Origin: Octopus sinensis
Lineage: Eukaryota
Reading direction: 5' to 3'
Assembly: GCF_006345805.1 (NCBI RefSeq)
Contig: NC_043017.1
Span: 24,676,001 to 24,740,000 of the forward strand
Length of the DNA: 64,000 nucleotides
Shown: positions 26,607-41,200 of the stretch, in pieces
How the letters are laid out: each line of letters starts with the position of its first letter
Position numbering within the stretch: position 1 is the first letter of the stretch
The notes under the pieces: model-generated
The model's database searches: none
Told to the model about the DNA's origin: nothing
The model's input: the letters and a program-made list of their open reading frames with translations, nothing else
Program-made: the position numbers and the translations under genes

Positions 26607-26991
26607 TGTAGTGTCGCCTGGTTCCAGACGACATTTTGGGATTTATATCCACGCATGCGCAAGGGTTAGTCTTCCAGAAGGCCTGCCAGATGCCCCTTAT
26701 GCACATGTGCAATCATTAGCAGCAGCTAGGCTTGGCCACTATTCTCTCTCTTCGCTTCTGCTGCCGACCAAGCTAGACGCAACGAGACCTGCTCCGTGTG
26801 AAGGCAAACCATGACTTCGGTAAATCTGTGAAGAATGCATTCACAATTGTGATTTAAACCGACTCTGCTGCTTCCACTCATCCCCAGCGTCCAGGCTACC
26901 GATGTCCAGAGATGAAATGCTTATTTCGGCGAAATAGATTATTATTGTTATTTGTTCAGAGATTCTTGTTCCTGCTATTTTCCTTTCTACA
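26607..26991. mobile_element. Possible solo LTR
   Basis: 385-bp GC-richer block bounded by TGTAG...CTACA; no clear TSD. Confidence 0.35.
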
Positions 26992-27041
26992 ATTATGTAA
27001 GGAATTGTGAAGCACCCAACCAGTGCCAATCTCACATCCTA

Positions 27042-27440
27042 CTCTCTTTTTCTCTTTTACTTGTTTCAGTCATTTGACTGCGGCCATGCTGGAGCACCGC
27101 CTTTTATTCGAGCAACTCGACCCTGGGACTTATTCTTTTGTAAGCCCAGTACTTATTCTATCGGTCTCTTTTGCCGAACCGCTAAGTAACGGGGACTTAG
27201 ACACACCACCATCAGTTGTCAAGCAATGCTAGGGGGACAAACACAGACACACACACGCATATATATACATATATACGACGGGCTTCTTTCAGTTTCTGTC
27301 TACCAAATCCACTCACAAGGCTTTGGTTGGCCCGAGGCTATAGTAGAAGACACTTGCCCAAGGTGCCATGCAGTGGGACTGAACCCGGAACCATGTGGTT
27401 GGTAAACAAGCTACTTACCACACAGCCACTCCTGCGCCTA
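27042..27440 (-). mobile_element. tRNA-derived SINE family 1, full-length
   Basis: The minus strand reads aggcgcaggagtggctgtgtggtaagtagc (A-box) ...ggttcagtccc (B-box) through to the family tail. Confidence 0.9.
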
Positions 27441-28027
27441 CATATGTGTTCCATGCATGCATGGTGGGAGATGGCACCACAAGGGCCGGTCAGGCTGAAG
27501 CCTGCACTAGACTTCAACTATTTTGGCAGGATTTTTACAGCTGGATGCCCTTTCTAATGCCAACCACTCAGCAGAATGGACTTTGTGCTTTTTATGTGGC
27601 ACAAGAACAGGTGAGGTTAGTTTTGGCAAGGTTTTTACAGCTGGATACCCTTCTGAACACCAACCACTTTACAATGTGGTCTGGGTGCTTTTAAGTGGGA
27701 CCTGCACTGACAGGGAAACCAAGTACTTGCAAGACAAAAACTTTTAAGAGGGGAGGAGGCATTGGAGGAGATGATAATAAAAAGGTTATAGTGAGACAGA
27801 TACAGGTGTCTTGCTGTAGAAGAAGTACAAGGTTACCTGGCCAGAGAGAGAGGAAGATCAGGAATGAAGACAGAAACAGGTGTGCTACTGCTAAGAAAAT
27901 CCATGGTTGCCCAGCCTGAGGGAATTGCAAGAGAGTGGGAAACTTCAGGATGGAGATGGTGGCAAAATGCCGGGTGTACTCCCAAGGAATGGGGATCAGA
28001 GTGTAAATGAGATGGTTACTCTCTCTC

Positions 28028-28440
28028 TCTTTTACTCTTTTACTTGTTTCAGTCATTTGACTGCAGCCATGCTGGAGCACCGCCTTTAATTGAGCAACTC
28101 GACCCCGTGACTTATTCTTTTGTAAGCCCAGTACTTATTCTATCAGTCTCTTTTGACGAACCGCTAAGTAACGGGGACATAAACACACCAGCATCGGTTG
28201 TCAAGCAATGCTAGGGGGACAAACACAGACACACAAACACACACATGCATATATATATACATATACATATATACGACGGGCTTCTTTCAGTTTCCGTCTA
28301 CCAAATTCACACACAAGGCTTTGGTTGGCTCGAGGCTATAGTAGAAGACACTTGCCCAAGGTGCCAAGCAGTGGGACTGAACCCGGAACCATGTGGTTGG
28401 TAAAAAATAAGCTACTTACCACACAGCCACTCCTGCGCCT
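28028..28440 (-). mobile_element. tRNA-derived SINE family 1, full-length
   Basis: Near-identical to 27042-27440. Confidence 0.9.
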
Positions 28441-28927
28441 GAGTAAAGGAAGCGAAAGATAAAGGTAGTGGCAAGTGCCAGGGCATGCCCTTGAGGTCCA
28501 AATGCCATAATATAAGTGACAGGATATTGCGAAGGGAGTGCAAGTGGCGAAAGACCTGGGTGAGTTCAAATTCAACTGAGTACAACTTTGCCTTTCATCC
28601 TTTCATGGTCAATAAAATAAGCACCAGCTGAATACTGGGGTTGATAAAATAAGTACCAGTTGAGCACTGGGGACAATGTAAGCGACTTACTCCCTCCCTA
28701 GATATTGCTGGCCATGTGCTAAAATTTGAAATCAGTATTTAAAGCAATCTAAAGACAGTGAACTGGTAGAATAGTTTACCATGCCAAATGCATGGCAGTA
28801 TTTCTTTTAATTCTTTATGTTTTCTAAGTTGAAAGGCTGCAGCGGTTGACTTAACTTTTCATCCTTTTCGGGGTTAATAAAATGTTTGGGATGTGTTTGA
28901 GGGAGAACATTCAGCGAAAGTGATACC

Positions 28928-29155
28928 TATTTCTTTATTGCCCACAAGGGGCTAATCACAGAGGGGACAAACAAGGACAGACAAACGGATTAAGTCGATT
29001 ACATCGACCCCAGTGCGTAACTGGTACTTAATTTATCGACCCCGAAAGGATGAAAGGCAAAGTCGACCTCGGCGGAATTTGAACTCAGAACGTAACGGCA
29101 GACGAAATACCGCTAAGCATTTCGCCCAGCGTGCTAACGGTTCTGCCAGCTCGCC
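28928..29155 (-). mobile_element. SINE family 2, young copy with TSD
   Basis: CpG-intact; contains gcctttcatcctttcggg-tcgataaattaagtaccag (Nin/Deu-domain-like); TSD gcgaaag(t/c)gatacc at 28914-28927 and 29156-29169. Confidence 0.9.
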
Positions 29156-30429
29156 GCGAAAGCGATACCACGACAATGCAAATCCTATCCCCATTCATTC
29201 GTGAGGAGAGCAGACAATGAGTGAAAATTTACGGTCTAAGGGAAACAACTCTGGCTGTCAGACATGAAATGATTTATAATGCCGCAAACGTCGACTATTT
29301 TCTGTTAATTTTCTTCATCTCGGCGTTTTTCTAGTCAATCTTCCACGACTTTAAAATTTATTTCGTGGCATGAAATGTCTAAATAAGTATATAAGGAACC
29401 TTTTTTTTTTTTTACGAATGGAAAATATTAACTAACTCAACTAACAGCAAAAGACACACACGCACAAATTAGAAAACACAAAAAAAAACACGTTATTTTG
29501 AATATATTTGTTCGGTTATTTAATTAAGGATTGTTTTAATAAAGAGCGATGTAAAGCAAGAGATAAGATTTCGCCAGGTTAAAGTTACGACTCCAGCTTC
29601 TATTAAAATTCTCTTTTGTATAATACGACAATTCTCGCTTTAGGTCAGCTCTCCACCACTCATGAAACGAGTCGCTTGTTGGAAGCCTATGAAATTAGGT
29701 GTTTTAGTTTCATGCCGCCCTTAGTAAATATTTACGAATCAATAGGTCTAACCAGATCTCTCTGCCCCGTACTTTTCGCATCTTGGATGCCTTCATATCT
29801 TCTTTTTTTCGTGTGTGTTAGGGAGCTGCCACGTGGTTGTTCAATCTACCGAAAAGTCGCCCTGAAATTATTACACCTTGCTGTGAAACAAAAGAAAGTA
29901 GCGGTTAGATAATGTTGTTCTGGTGGGGGTGGGTCGCATAAAAGAAAAATACGGGATGGCTATAGATAGAATGCTCGATTGGGGTTGACCTGGAGTTGAC
30001 GACAATTACAGCAAGCCTCGACTTGCCAGATCTGGTGATGTGGCGGGTGGTGGGGGTACTCAATTGTATTCCTTTGGTAATTTTACGGATCTAAGTGAAA
30101 ATATCTCTGATGTAGAACTGAATCTTGTGCCACTAGCCTATAAGCTTTTCAACTGAGTACATCAATAAGCTAGGAACTCATAAATTATACTGCGACAGAA
30201 GCTATATGATTAAGTAGGTTAGAAAGTATTAGATTACCAGTTCCTAGTGTACAATCTGTTGTTTCGAAACAACAGGCTACAATCTATGGGTTTCCCAACA
30301 ATGCATTGTTCTATAATTGCTGGTATTCTTTATGCAATTCTGATATACTACCAAGTATATTAAAGTCTTGTAAGTCAATATTGTGATGGCTCTAATTTCT
30401 ATAGAAAATCTGTAAAGATACCCTTGAAA

Positions 30430-30740
30430 AGTGAACACTGTTCTTTATATGTTTCTGGATAACATACTGTAATCTATATTTATTTCCAGACTCATTGTAT
30501 TCTTTGAGTATTTCTGAACAAATTATGATTTTCTATGCTATTCTGAACACGTAGTATTGTGTTCATTCAAACAACTCTTATTCTATGTGACTTTCTATGT
30601 AATACCTTATATTCTATGTGTGATTTTTCTGCATAACACTATTGTAAATGTATTTCTAAACACTGTATTTTAGATGTATTTCTAAACAACATGCTATTTC
30701 TATGTATAATTCAGAACAACACATTATTTTGTATGTCTTT
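30430..30740. repeat. Degenerate ~28-30-bp minisatellite
   Basis: About 10 units resembling actgtattctatgtgtatttctgaacaac. Confidence 0.55.
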
Positions 30741-30971
30741 CTGTGTCTCTGTCACACTCTAACCTTTCATCATCTGACACAAGATCCCCTCCCCTCTCAA
30801 AATTCCTTGTCTTGTAAGTTACTTGGTAACCCTGCCGGTGCCACATAAAAGGCTTCCAGTCCACAATGTAAAGTGGTTGGCATTTGGAAGGGCATCCATC
30901 TGTAAAAACCATGCTAAAACTAACCTCACCTGTGTTGATGCAAAGTAAAAAGCACTCAATCTACTTTGTGG

Positions 30972-31635
30972 AGTGGTTGGTGCTAGGAAGGGTATCCGGC
31001 CATAAAAACCCTGCCAAAACAGGCACAGTAGCCCCGTGTAGTTTTCTACCTGGCTGGCTTCTGTCAAATTGTCCAACCCATGCCTGCAAAATTGCCGGCC
31101 TTGTGCGAAATTTTGAAACCAATATTTAATTAGGCTAAGGCAGAATCGTTAGTACACCCGACAAAATGCTTAGCGGCATTTCATCCGTCCTTACGTTCAG
31201 AGTTCAAATTCCGCCGAGGTCGACTTTATCTTTCATCCTTTTGGGGTCAATAAAATGAGGTCGATGTAATCAAGCTATCCCTCCTCTGAAAGTTGGTGAC
31301 CTTGTGCCAAAGTGGTTGGTGCTAGGAAGGGTATCCAGCCATAAAAACCCTGCCAAAACAGGCACAGTAGCCTCGTGTAGTTTTCTACCTGGCTGGCTTC
31401 TGTCAAATTGTCCAACCCATGCCTGCAAAATTGCCGGCCTTGCGCGAAATTTTGAAACCAATATTTAATTAGGCTAAGGCAGAATTGTTAGTACACCCGA
31501 CAAAATGCTTAGCGGCATTTCATCTGTCCTTACGTTCAGATTTCAAATTCCGCCGAGGTCGACTTTGCCTTTCATCCTTTCGGGGTCGATGTAATCGAGC
31601 TATCACTCTTCTGAAAGTTGGTGACCTTGTGCCAA
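30972..31635. repeat. Tandem duplication (~339 + ~325 bp) of a two-SINE junction
   Basis: agtggttggtgctaggaagggtatcc...gaccttgtgccaa at 30972-31310 repeats at 31311-31635 with few differences. Confidence 0.9.
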
Positions 31636-34259
31636 AATTTGAAACCAGTATTGAGTTAACATCCTACGTTCTTACTTACAAATTGTACAGTGTTAAAATT
31701 GCCATTCAGCGCTTCCAGGCATACAAGATTCTGTTCCAGTTAATTAAGGTGAGGAATTAATCGCGATCTTGTAGTTAAACGTGTTGCACTCACGTTCCGC
31801 AAGATTGCGGCTTCGATTACCGATCTGGGCGATGTGCTCTTGAGCAAAATAGCTCGTTTTTATGTTTCTTTAATCCATTCAGCTGTGAATGAGTAAGCTA
31901 CGATGGGCTGGTATTCCATCCAAAAGGCAAATTGTGATCTCGGTCACTTATATGCCATGGAAACCAGATAATCTAGGATTTGAGCCAGCAATGTCAAAGG
32001 GGCTTTCTGAGTATACTCATTTTTATCCTACTGCAACTCCTCCTCCAAAAAAAAAAAAAAAGGAAGAAGAATAAAAACATACACAGACACATGGCCTTGT
32101 GTGACTTATATTAGTTAATCTCTTCTTTTTTTTGTTTCTTAATTTATATATTTAAATAAGGTTAGACCAGAAGAGGAGGTCACGGCCATGACCTTTGCAG
32201 CTCCAACCACGTTCTGCTGAACTGGGTTTCAGGAAAAAAAAATCTCAGACGTCAGTCGGGATAAACCAATATACATGGGTGGGTACTGTCAAATATAAAT
32301 AGACAAACAAAACATTTATGTTTATCTGCATGTGTATGTGGAATAATTAATTATTTCCGTGTGTTGATATTAGCGATGTTTAATAGAGCAATAAGTCGCT
32401 AATATATATATAGATAGATATATAGTTTTAACTGAGGCCTGTGCGACGAGGCTTTAATTATTGCTTTTAAATCAATGTCTCAATCGCTAATGCTCTTTAA
32501 ACAAATGTATGGATGTCATGACATTTTTTGAAAATAGGGAACCTGAGTGACTGTCAGAAAGAAGGGTGTAATATCTCGGCGGTGAATTAAACAGTTTGGA
32601 CTTGAATTAAGCCATTTTTGAAGGAGAGAGAGAAAGAGAAAGAACAAAATAGACTGAAAATAAAAGGAAATGGAAATTCAAATTATTTCTTCGTGTTTAT
32701 TATTGTTAAATACTAACAAGTTGATGTCCCGGTTTCGATTCCCTCATATAACCATTCCATTTTGCATTTTATCGTATACAATGTCCCTGATAATAATAAT
32801 AAAAAAAGCGTATTTCACTCCCCACCTTCTTTGTAAAGTAATGACTGGCCTTTTGCTTATGTAAGAAGAAAAAACAACCCAAAACTATATTATTTTATTT
32901 TAAATATTAAAAAGAGCTGAGAAAATAAAACTAGAAGAATGTATTTATTTAATGTAATTATTAATGTTTGCTCGGCATTTATTATATTTTTTCTTTAACA
33001 GCGTCACAAGACAAAGAGAAAAAAAAGCCGTCACGTGCGTTATAATGGTTGAAGAATATTTGTTATAAAGTAATGATTACTTTCTGTTAAAATAGACATG
33101 TTTTGAATAGAAAGTAGCCTTCATGTTATAGCATATCGTAACGCAGTGTTTTATTAAACTTGAACTAACATGATATGGAAAGTGTTGGGAATTTATATAA
33201 ATGAAATATTGGTGTCTTTTTAAAAGCGGTCTTTTTTTTTTTATTATTTCCTATGTTAATTCAGGGGTTTGTTACAAAAATTTAGTAGCTATTTAAAAAA
33301 GAAAGAGAATTTCTTTATTGCTTTTGAAAAAACAAGAGAGATAATGAATGAATTTATCGTGTAAGTGTTGTGAAAGTAATTATAGGTTACCAACATATGT
33401 CCACAGAAGGCAACAGATTTTATGAGGGAGAAGCAAATCAACGCAAGGACACCATTGGTACTCATCGACCCTTACTTCCCCAAAGGAATGGGAGACGAAG
33501 CCGACATCGCCGGGATTTGAAATCAGAATGTAAAGATACGCAAGCTAATTGCGAAAGGACTTTTTTTTTTATCTGTCTATCTGCTAATGATAATAATATG
33601 AATAAATCTCTTTCAGTGAAGCACAAGGTCAAGCTCACACGAGGGAAAGAAGCAGAGCTGACCGACACGATAATACGTAAAGCAAGGCTTACTACCGGCG
33701 GAATACCGGTTCAAAACAAAAGCGATACACTAGAGCAGCGATCTATTGACTCTGTGATGTAATAATACTATACTACAACTATCAAAAATAATTAAAATAA
33801 TTGGTTGTTGCTTTACATTATACAAAATCCTAGCCTGTATCGTGTGTAATAAAGCTGTGACGTCTGTGCCATTTGTTTAAAAAAAGAAAAAGTGTATTTG
33901 GTATGTAAATGAAGGGCAATAGTCAGTCACCCTGAATAAGAAATAATTTAATGAATTTATTAGGAAAAAAAAGTAATCAAACATGATTATTGTGTTCAAA
34001 CAACGATCGTTTGTAGGTGAAAGGGAGGATACGCTCGGAGGGAGTAGGACTACTATTGCTAAAAGACTTGCATAAAGCATCAGACATCATTATAATTTTT
34101 CTGCAATGATCTGAAAACGAAGATATTAAAAAAAAGGAAGCGCTTCGAATAGTAAATGGATATTTATGTTAAATCGTAAATTAATCACATCGCCGACTAC
34201 CACATGTATTTTTATTTTTTAATGGGCAAATAAATGTGTACATATTTAATTTCCCAGCC

Positions 34260-34383
34260 TTTCTATTGGTTACTCGTTATTCACTGCCTTCACTTGCCGC
34301 TTAAAGTTCGATTATAGCTACCCACAATTCTAGAGGAGTCGCCATATTTTATTCTTCCTCTTATCTCCATTGCTCAGGTCAGT
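34260..34383 (+). promoter_or_regulatory. Candidate promoter and first non-coding exon of ELAV-like gene A
   Basis: Inverted CCAAT (ATTGG 34265-69), YY1-like CGCCATATTT (34340-49) and donor CAG|GTCAGT at 34377/8, in a CpG-retaining, repeat-poor region. The link to gene A is inferred. Confidence 0.45.
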
Positions 34384-36130
34384 ATCGTATCATTGCAGTT
34401 GTAAAACCTATAAAAATCAAATTAGAATTTACTTTTTTTTGCTTTTTTTTTTTCTCTCCTCTTCGCCACATCCCCCCACTTCTCTCTGGTTTTGTTTTCG
34501 ATGCTACCCGTGCTACAAACACTCCACCACAAATATCTCTTCCCGGTTCTCTGTTCTGGATGTAATCCTCTCCACCACCTACCAACCAATATTGGATACG
34601 GTTTGTACATTATTCATTTCCTATGGCGGCCTTTACACGTTTCTTTTTCAATTCTTCTTTCATTCTTCTCTTCGACCATTACATTTTTTTCCTGCCACCT
34701 TAACGATCTCCCCCCTGTAATTCATCCCCCAATACGCGATGTCTCTCAAGTACAGCCTTTTTTTTTCCTCTCCATATAAATTCGTCTTCACAAACGATTG
34801 AAGCAGTCACTCCAATATGTATTGTAAATCTTCACCTCCACTCACTCGCACACACACATATAGACATAATTATGTGTGTCCATGTATATATAACGTAGTA
34901 TTTTATCTGAAAATACCTTTTATCTCTCAATACCGCTTTATTATATATAGCAATTACATAAATAAATTTGCTACATATACTCGTATCACGAATATGTATG
35001 TAACAACGATGATGGCTGACCTGTCTCTGTTTTTTTTCTCTCTCCTCTCTTTTTGTAACCGAATCGCGAAATATATCTGCCTTTTTTTCATTTTAAATAT
35101 GCATATATAAAGCTCAAATATTAAACAATCGATACACACGCACCTATATATAGAGTGTGGTGTGTAGATTGTTGCGGCATCTTGTGTAAAATTTTAGTGA
35201 CGTAGAAGGAAAAAAAAGGAATGAAAGTGTGTTTATATCTGTGAACTGGTTTGGAAGGATATATATGTATATTTTCCTAAATATGTTGATGAATGCTGTG
35301 TATAAAAAAAAGTGGGAGTTTACTAAAAAAAAAATATATAAATATAACCTTACAATATATTCCTCTCCATAGAAAATCCATCACATTTCAAGTCATGGAG
35401 AAAACGTTTTATAATTTTTTTTTCCCCCGATTTTTCTGTTTTATTCTTCATTTCGTTTCTTCCTCTTACAAGCCAAAAATGTTGGCTTAATTAATTAGGT
35501 GAAGAAACTTGAAACATTTACTTCATAAATTCTTTATAATTTTGTTTTCTTTCTTTTTCTTCTTAACTAACTACGACATCCATTCAGGGTTTTTAAGGTC
35601 CCAGGCCAAACCCTGATGGAGCAGAAAAGACCTGTGATCATTTTTCCTTTAATTATTTTTGTCCGTATTCGTCTTAATTCATGGCCGTCGAAAAAACGTA
35701 ACAGCTTCTCCTTTTCTCATTCGTTACTGTATGATTTGTGAGATTTTAACTACCATCTCTAGCACATAGAGAGACAAGGTAGAGGCGAACTGATATTGAT
35801 TGATTGATTCTGTCTAATATTAAAGGATGAAAGACGGATCTGAAATCCATGCATCCTAAACATATGTTATTCCCATCTATATTGGTAGACATCTTCGACA
35901 TATTAGTCGAAGGTTGTGTAATTAAACTATTAAAATCCGAAATTCCTGTGAATATGGAATACGGGTTGCCATTTCTGAATATCGATCATTCCAGTTAGAA
36001 TGTGTCCTTAATCAGATATTGATTTATATCATCAGTTTTACTGGCAAAGCTAGGAAGCGTTAAGTCCCACCAGCACAGAGCGATAATCAAAAGGCAATGC
36101 ATCCATGACCATTCCGTCAATTATTGTAGC

Positions 36131-36162
<32 letters not shown>

Positions 36163-36257
36163 GTAGATCCCGGGTTGAGTCGGGGTTAACCACAGTAAAT
36201 AAGGTACTCAATACATAGAATGAAACGGTTCTAGTCCTGTAGAAGCTCCTTCTATAA

Positions 36258-36301
<44 letters not shown>

Positions 36302-37589
36302 TGCGGTGCTCGTTAATGTGGTAAGTTGTTGCAATAAGAAACCTTGGCCTTCGTCTTTGTATTATTTTTTAATGGTTTTATGTGCCTTTTGCTGCTGCAT
36401 CGCATCCCGTGCTTTACGAGGATGCTGGTTTCCCTCTAAACCTGGCCAGTCTGAGATGTCTGCAAGAAGCTTATCCTGGTGATGCTTAAAATCTTCATTA
36501 ACGTCACGTTCCCGGCATCTGTAGGCAAATAAATAACTAGTTTTTTTGGGGGTAAAATTACAGAGTGTTAATCTGTAATTTTACCTTTTTTTTTGTTGTT
36601 GCTCAATTGTCATTTGATACCTTTTGGTAAATTAACCGCATCATCCTTTCCCTCCACCCCTCCGAGGGTTTAGAGAGAAGTTTGATATTTCCCCTAACAG
36701 ACTATTCCAGGTGGAAATGAGGTATTTGCTAAGAGTACAACTTCAGACTGGGTTTTGTGGTAATTTATTTTTAGTTAGATATATATTCGGGGAATCAAAA
36801 TTGTGAGCAAGCAATAATCATGGCGTTCAGAATCGATGTTGGCAGACGAAAAAACTTGACACCTGAGAAGTGCAGTGACAGACAATAAGCAATATCTGTT
36901 GAAATGTGTTTCCCCAGGAACCAAAAGTGGTCACGGGTGAATGGAAATACATAAAAATGGGTGCATTAAAAGTTGTATTTAGGATTTTAACTCTCACCTG
37001 TACTACGTGGTACTGACAATGTTTGTAATTCTGGCAAAGGATGCACAAAACCTATTGAAAATATTAATCGATGACAGAATGAGTGAAAGCGATTTGCCGA
37101 AGTCGAATTCCTTTATACTAGGACTGATCAAGAGGGACAGACTGCATTTACTAAAAGGATCAATGTAATTTTTCGTTAGGGTGCCATTCAGAAAACCCCG
37201 CGGGTTACATACAGTTTGCCCTACACTGCTTTATACGCACCAATTTCATAGATAATGTTTCTGAATTTTTTTTCACGTAGAGAGATTCTTTATTTCCACA
37301 AGTACTGACTGAAACTATATCTTGTTATATTTATAGTAGACTTTCGTTTTTGTGTGTCGATTATTTGCCGATTCCACTTCGGTTGGGTTTCACCTACTCT
37401 CTCTCAAAACAAGAAGTAAAGAGAGAGAGAGAGAGAGAGATCTTTACGCGCATACATTGACATTTCTTTCTTTACATTACAGCAGTAAACAAATAATAAA
37501 ATAATATTAATACTAAAGAATGAAATACGCAATAAAAATTCAGACATAAACGTCAGATTTTCTAAAGAAACCGACAATGTTGCAACAAT

Positions 37590-37645
<56 letters not shown>

Positions 37646-38167
37646 TATGTGTAACATTTCTGAAGGGTAGTATTGTTTGAACCGGCATAATAGTAACTCC
37701 TATTTCCACACCTTGAACGACTTGGTGAAATTGCATTGTGCAGTCGACATTTCTTTCATTCTTTTTAAGGAAATATCCTGGTGTAAAGCACCTGGGTTTA
37801 TTTAATCAGACCAGTGGTGTGGTCTGCATAAGTCATGTGAATACGCCAATCATTCAACTCCGTACAACAAACCTTCTATTAGAAGGAACACCACTTTCGA
37901 TTTCGCGTAGTGCCTCAAAGATGGGAAGAGGATATCGAGTTTAATCAAGGAAAAATTGTTGGCGTCACTGCTGAGTCCATGAAATACTATAATGGCATTT
38001 AAACTAGTGTGTGTGTGTATATAATACAGAAGTTATTTCCCCCCCCCCCATATAATTGTTGAACCATCTAAAATGCATCTTTGGTGGATTTCACTAAAAA
38101 GCAAGCATTTTTTAAAGCTAAGGGTGATCTAAGTCGGTGAAGATGCACTTACCTAGTTGCGCCATTT

Positions 38168-38201
<34 letters not shown>

Positions 38202-41200
38202 CTAAGCACTGTTCTTCAGCATTGGCTAAGTTCGCAACATTCGCTGCGTCTTCATTTTTTAAAATTTTTATGTAAGATATCTTGTAAAATAGTTTGTATT
38301 AAGTTTCCGGTTCGTGTCTATATCATACCAGCTAATGCATTAGATTGTTTTACATACGTGTATGTATGTAGGCTCCCGTACGCGTGCAACATGAATTATT
38401 GGAGATGGTCTCCCCCCCCCCACCCCGCCCCCTCTGTTTATTTATTAATAATAAAACATGTCTAGAATTTGAAGCCAGAAGACAGGTGGCCTAGCAAAAT
38501 TGTGGCCACGCCAGACAATGCTTAACAGCATCTCTTTCTGTCTATACGTTCCGCGTTCAAATTCCTCCAAGGTCGATTTTATCCTTCATCCTTCCGGGGG
38601 TCGATCACTGGATCTTTGGTATTCGACTGTCCTACATCCATCCTCCCGAAGTTTCAGGCTTTGTGGCCTGTAAATAGAAAAAGATTATTAATTCAAGAAG
38701 GAAAAAAAATGGGAGATTTAATCACCGGTTCCTGTGAGAAACGTTCTCAAAGAACGTGTAATTTTTTTTTATAAATCTTTCGATTAAGGTTGTGTTGAAG
38801 TGACCATCTTATAAATAATGTCTTTCAGTTGGCTTACTTGGACTACTATTTCGGGTGGGTCTACATCTGTATTTAGTATTTTTGTAACCCTGTTTCCTTT
38901 TTGTATTTTTTTTTTTGTTTATATTTTATTTATTTGGTAATAAAAAATAAATCAGTAACTTTTTGTTGATGTTGTATGTCGTCAACTGGTAACAAGCGAG
39001 TTTCTTCTCTTAGAATCGTGCGAAAAGGTATCCACATCACACACCTGTGACATAGAGGCGACTAAATCATGTATTGTTTAATTACTAAAGCTGTTGTCAA
39101 TATGTTGGAAAGCTGACACAATGTGTTTGTTAGGCATGAATTATATTAAGTTCTGTTCATTCATTTCTATATTATGCATGCATCTCTTCGTGTTTTTTTT
39201 TTATCCCTTTTCTGGAATTGAATATTTAGGTACAATATATCTTCCTTCTCAGAGCAATTTAAGGGCATGATTTATTTTTTTATTTTTTGTTTCACTGGGT
39301 TTTCCTTATTCACCAGTCACCCACTTTTATGGATATGCTGAATTTATTAAGCATGCTATTTCATTAGCAACAGATGATGATTGATTTTTTTTTTTTTTTT
39401 TTTTTTCCACAAATGGGTTCTATTTTTTTAATGCTTGGTGTAGTTTGAAGTTCTGTGGTTTTATAAAACTAATATGAAAGCTTATTGAGCACACTCTTCG
39501 CGACCATCTCTCCTGTTTAATCGAGACAGCTATTATTCCGCTGCATTTTCACGTCCCTCGAAAAAAGAAAACATTTACTTTTTTTTTTCTTCTTCTATTC
39601 GTGATAGAACTAGGTTTAAAACCCTAGAATTACGGGCAAGCCTTCTATCGTTCGTTGCTAGGAAGTTTAAGCTCCCCTGATTTACAGGGGTCGTCCTCCA
39701 CCCTCTCGATGCTTGTCCTCTATTTTTGGAAGCTTAAAGGAATCGTCTCAGGACGATGTTGAAATTTTCTCGAAAAACTCATATAGGGGTGAATGTTAAA
39801 CACAACTTTGTCCTTCAGGTATTTTTGATGAGATATAAAGAAATATTTCTCTTGAGGAATGTTAGTTCCGTTATTCATAGCTTCATAAGCTCACTTTTTA
39901 TTGATAGAAACATGGAATTTTAGCCGTTAATAATATTGGATTTTAGGATGAATATTTTGGAATTTCTATATTTTAGTGAAGAGTTGGAAAAGGAAGTTGG
40001 CATGTTTATTATATGGAATTTTGTATATGTTGGTATTGGTATATGATATCACTGGAATGGAGCCAAAAGAATTTAACTTGGGAAGACAATTGTAGCATTA
40101 ATGGGCAAGAATGTGGAAGAAAATACGAATTAGTAGTGTGAGCTGAAGTGTTCTTTACGAAATCAACTCGAGTGGAATATATTTTTTAGCAGATTAAACT
40201 GTTGCCAAAAACGGGCAACATAAAATCTTTCAAAATTTTTCTCAAATAAAGCTGAATTTCTCTTGCGTAATATTTTAGCTGTTGAATTTTTTTTAAAATT
40301 TATATTTTAAAAATTTAGTTTTGACTCTTGTGCAGCAGCAGCAGAATTTGGTAATGTTAATCATCAATTGAATCTTCGTTTTATGGAGGAGTCGTGGTTT
40401 TGGTCGGCTTGTTTCTTATCGCTTGAGCTGTAGAAGTTCATTGTTGTTTTTAGTGTGTTCCATCTATTTTAATCAATATTTAGTTTCTTGCACTTTATAT
40501 GGGAAATCGATAATTACTTCCTGTTACATACAAGTTTCAATCTTTGTTAAAGCTATTTCTTTGTTTTGCTTTGCCAAGAAGTTTGTTTGCCATAACTGAA
40601 TAATTAGCACTATCCCCAAATGAAAGATCTTAGTGGAAAGATACTTCAGTAATTGATAAAGAAATGTCTCAATAGAACTATCACCTTCTGACAAATGAGT
40701 TGGAATTGCCTATTTTTCATTCTTTTTATCATACATGCAAGAATTTACTTCAGTAAAGAATATCAAAGCATTGTTATATGCATGTATATAATGTAAAAAG
40801 CTTAACAGGATGTGCTATTGGAATACTAGCTATTTCATCAACAGTTCCTATAGAAACCCCTAACTGCAGTTTATGGGGTGGAAGCTGTTTGAGATAAACA
40901 GCTGTTTATTATTACTGCATGTAGAGGCGAGCTGGCAGAAATGTTAGCACACTGGGCCATAATACTTGGCGGCATTATGTCCATCTTCACATTCTGAGTT
41001 CAAATACCATTGAGGTTCGTTTCTACCTTTCAGGGTTGAGCATTAGTGTCAATGCAATCAACTTACTCCACTTCCCCCAAATTGCTGGCCTTGTGCCAGT
41101 AATTGAAATCATTATTACATGTTGCAAGCAAATCTAAAAAATCTCTTTAGCAACATGCTGGAACCTAATAACAAATAATCATGCTCTCTCTACTAGAAAA

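Noticed and set aside
26359-26814. 151-aa ORF
   Set aside because: Runs across SINE, (TCA)n microsatellite and LTR-like sequence; a chance fusion.
27330-27440. tRNA-like A/B boxes in SINE heads
   Set aside because: Each continues into SINE core and tail, with no complete cloverleaf; not tRNA genes.
19885-28575. Recurring ORFs such as ASFSFRLPNPLTRLW...GTEPGTMWLV
   Set aside because: Translations of SINE family 1 copies, not genes.
30430-30740. Spaced ~30-bp repeats as a CRISPR-like array
   Set aside because: Eukaryotic context; units are contiguous and degenerate, with no unique spacers or cas genes.
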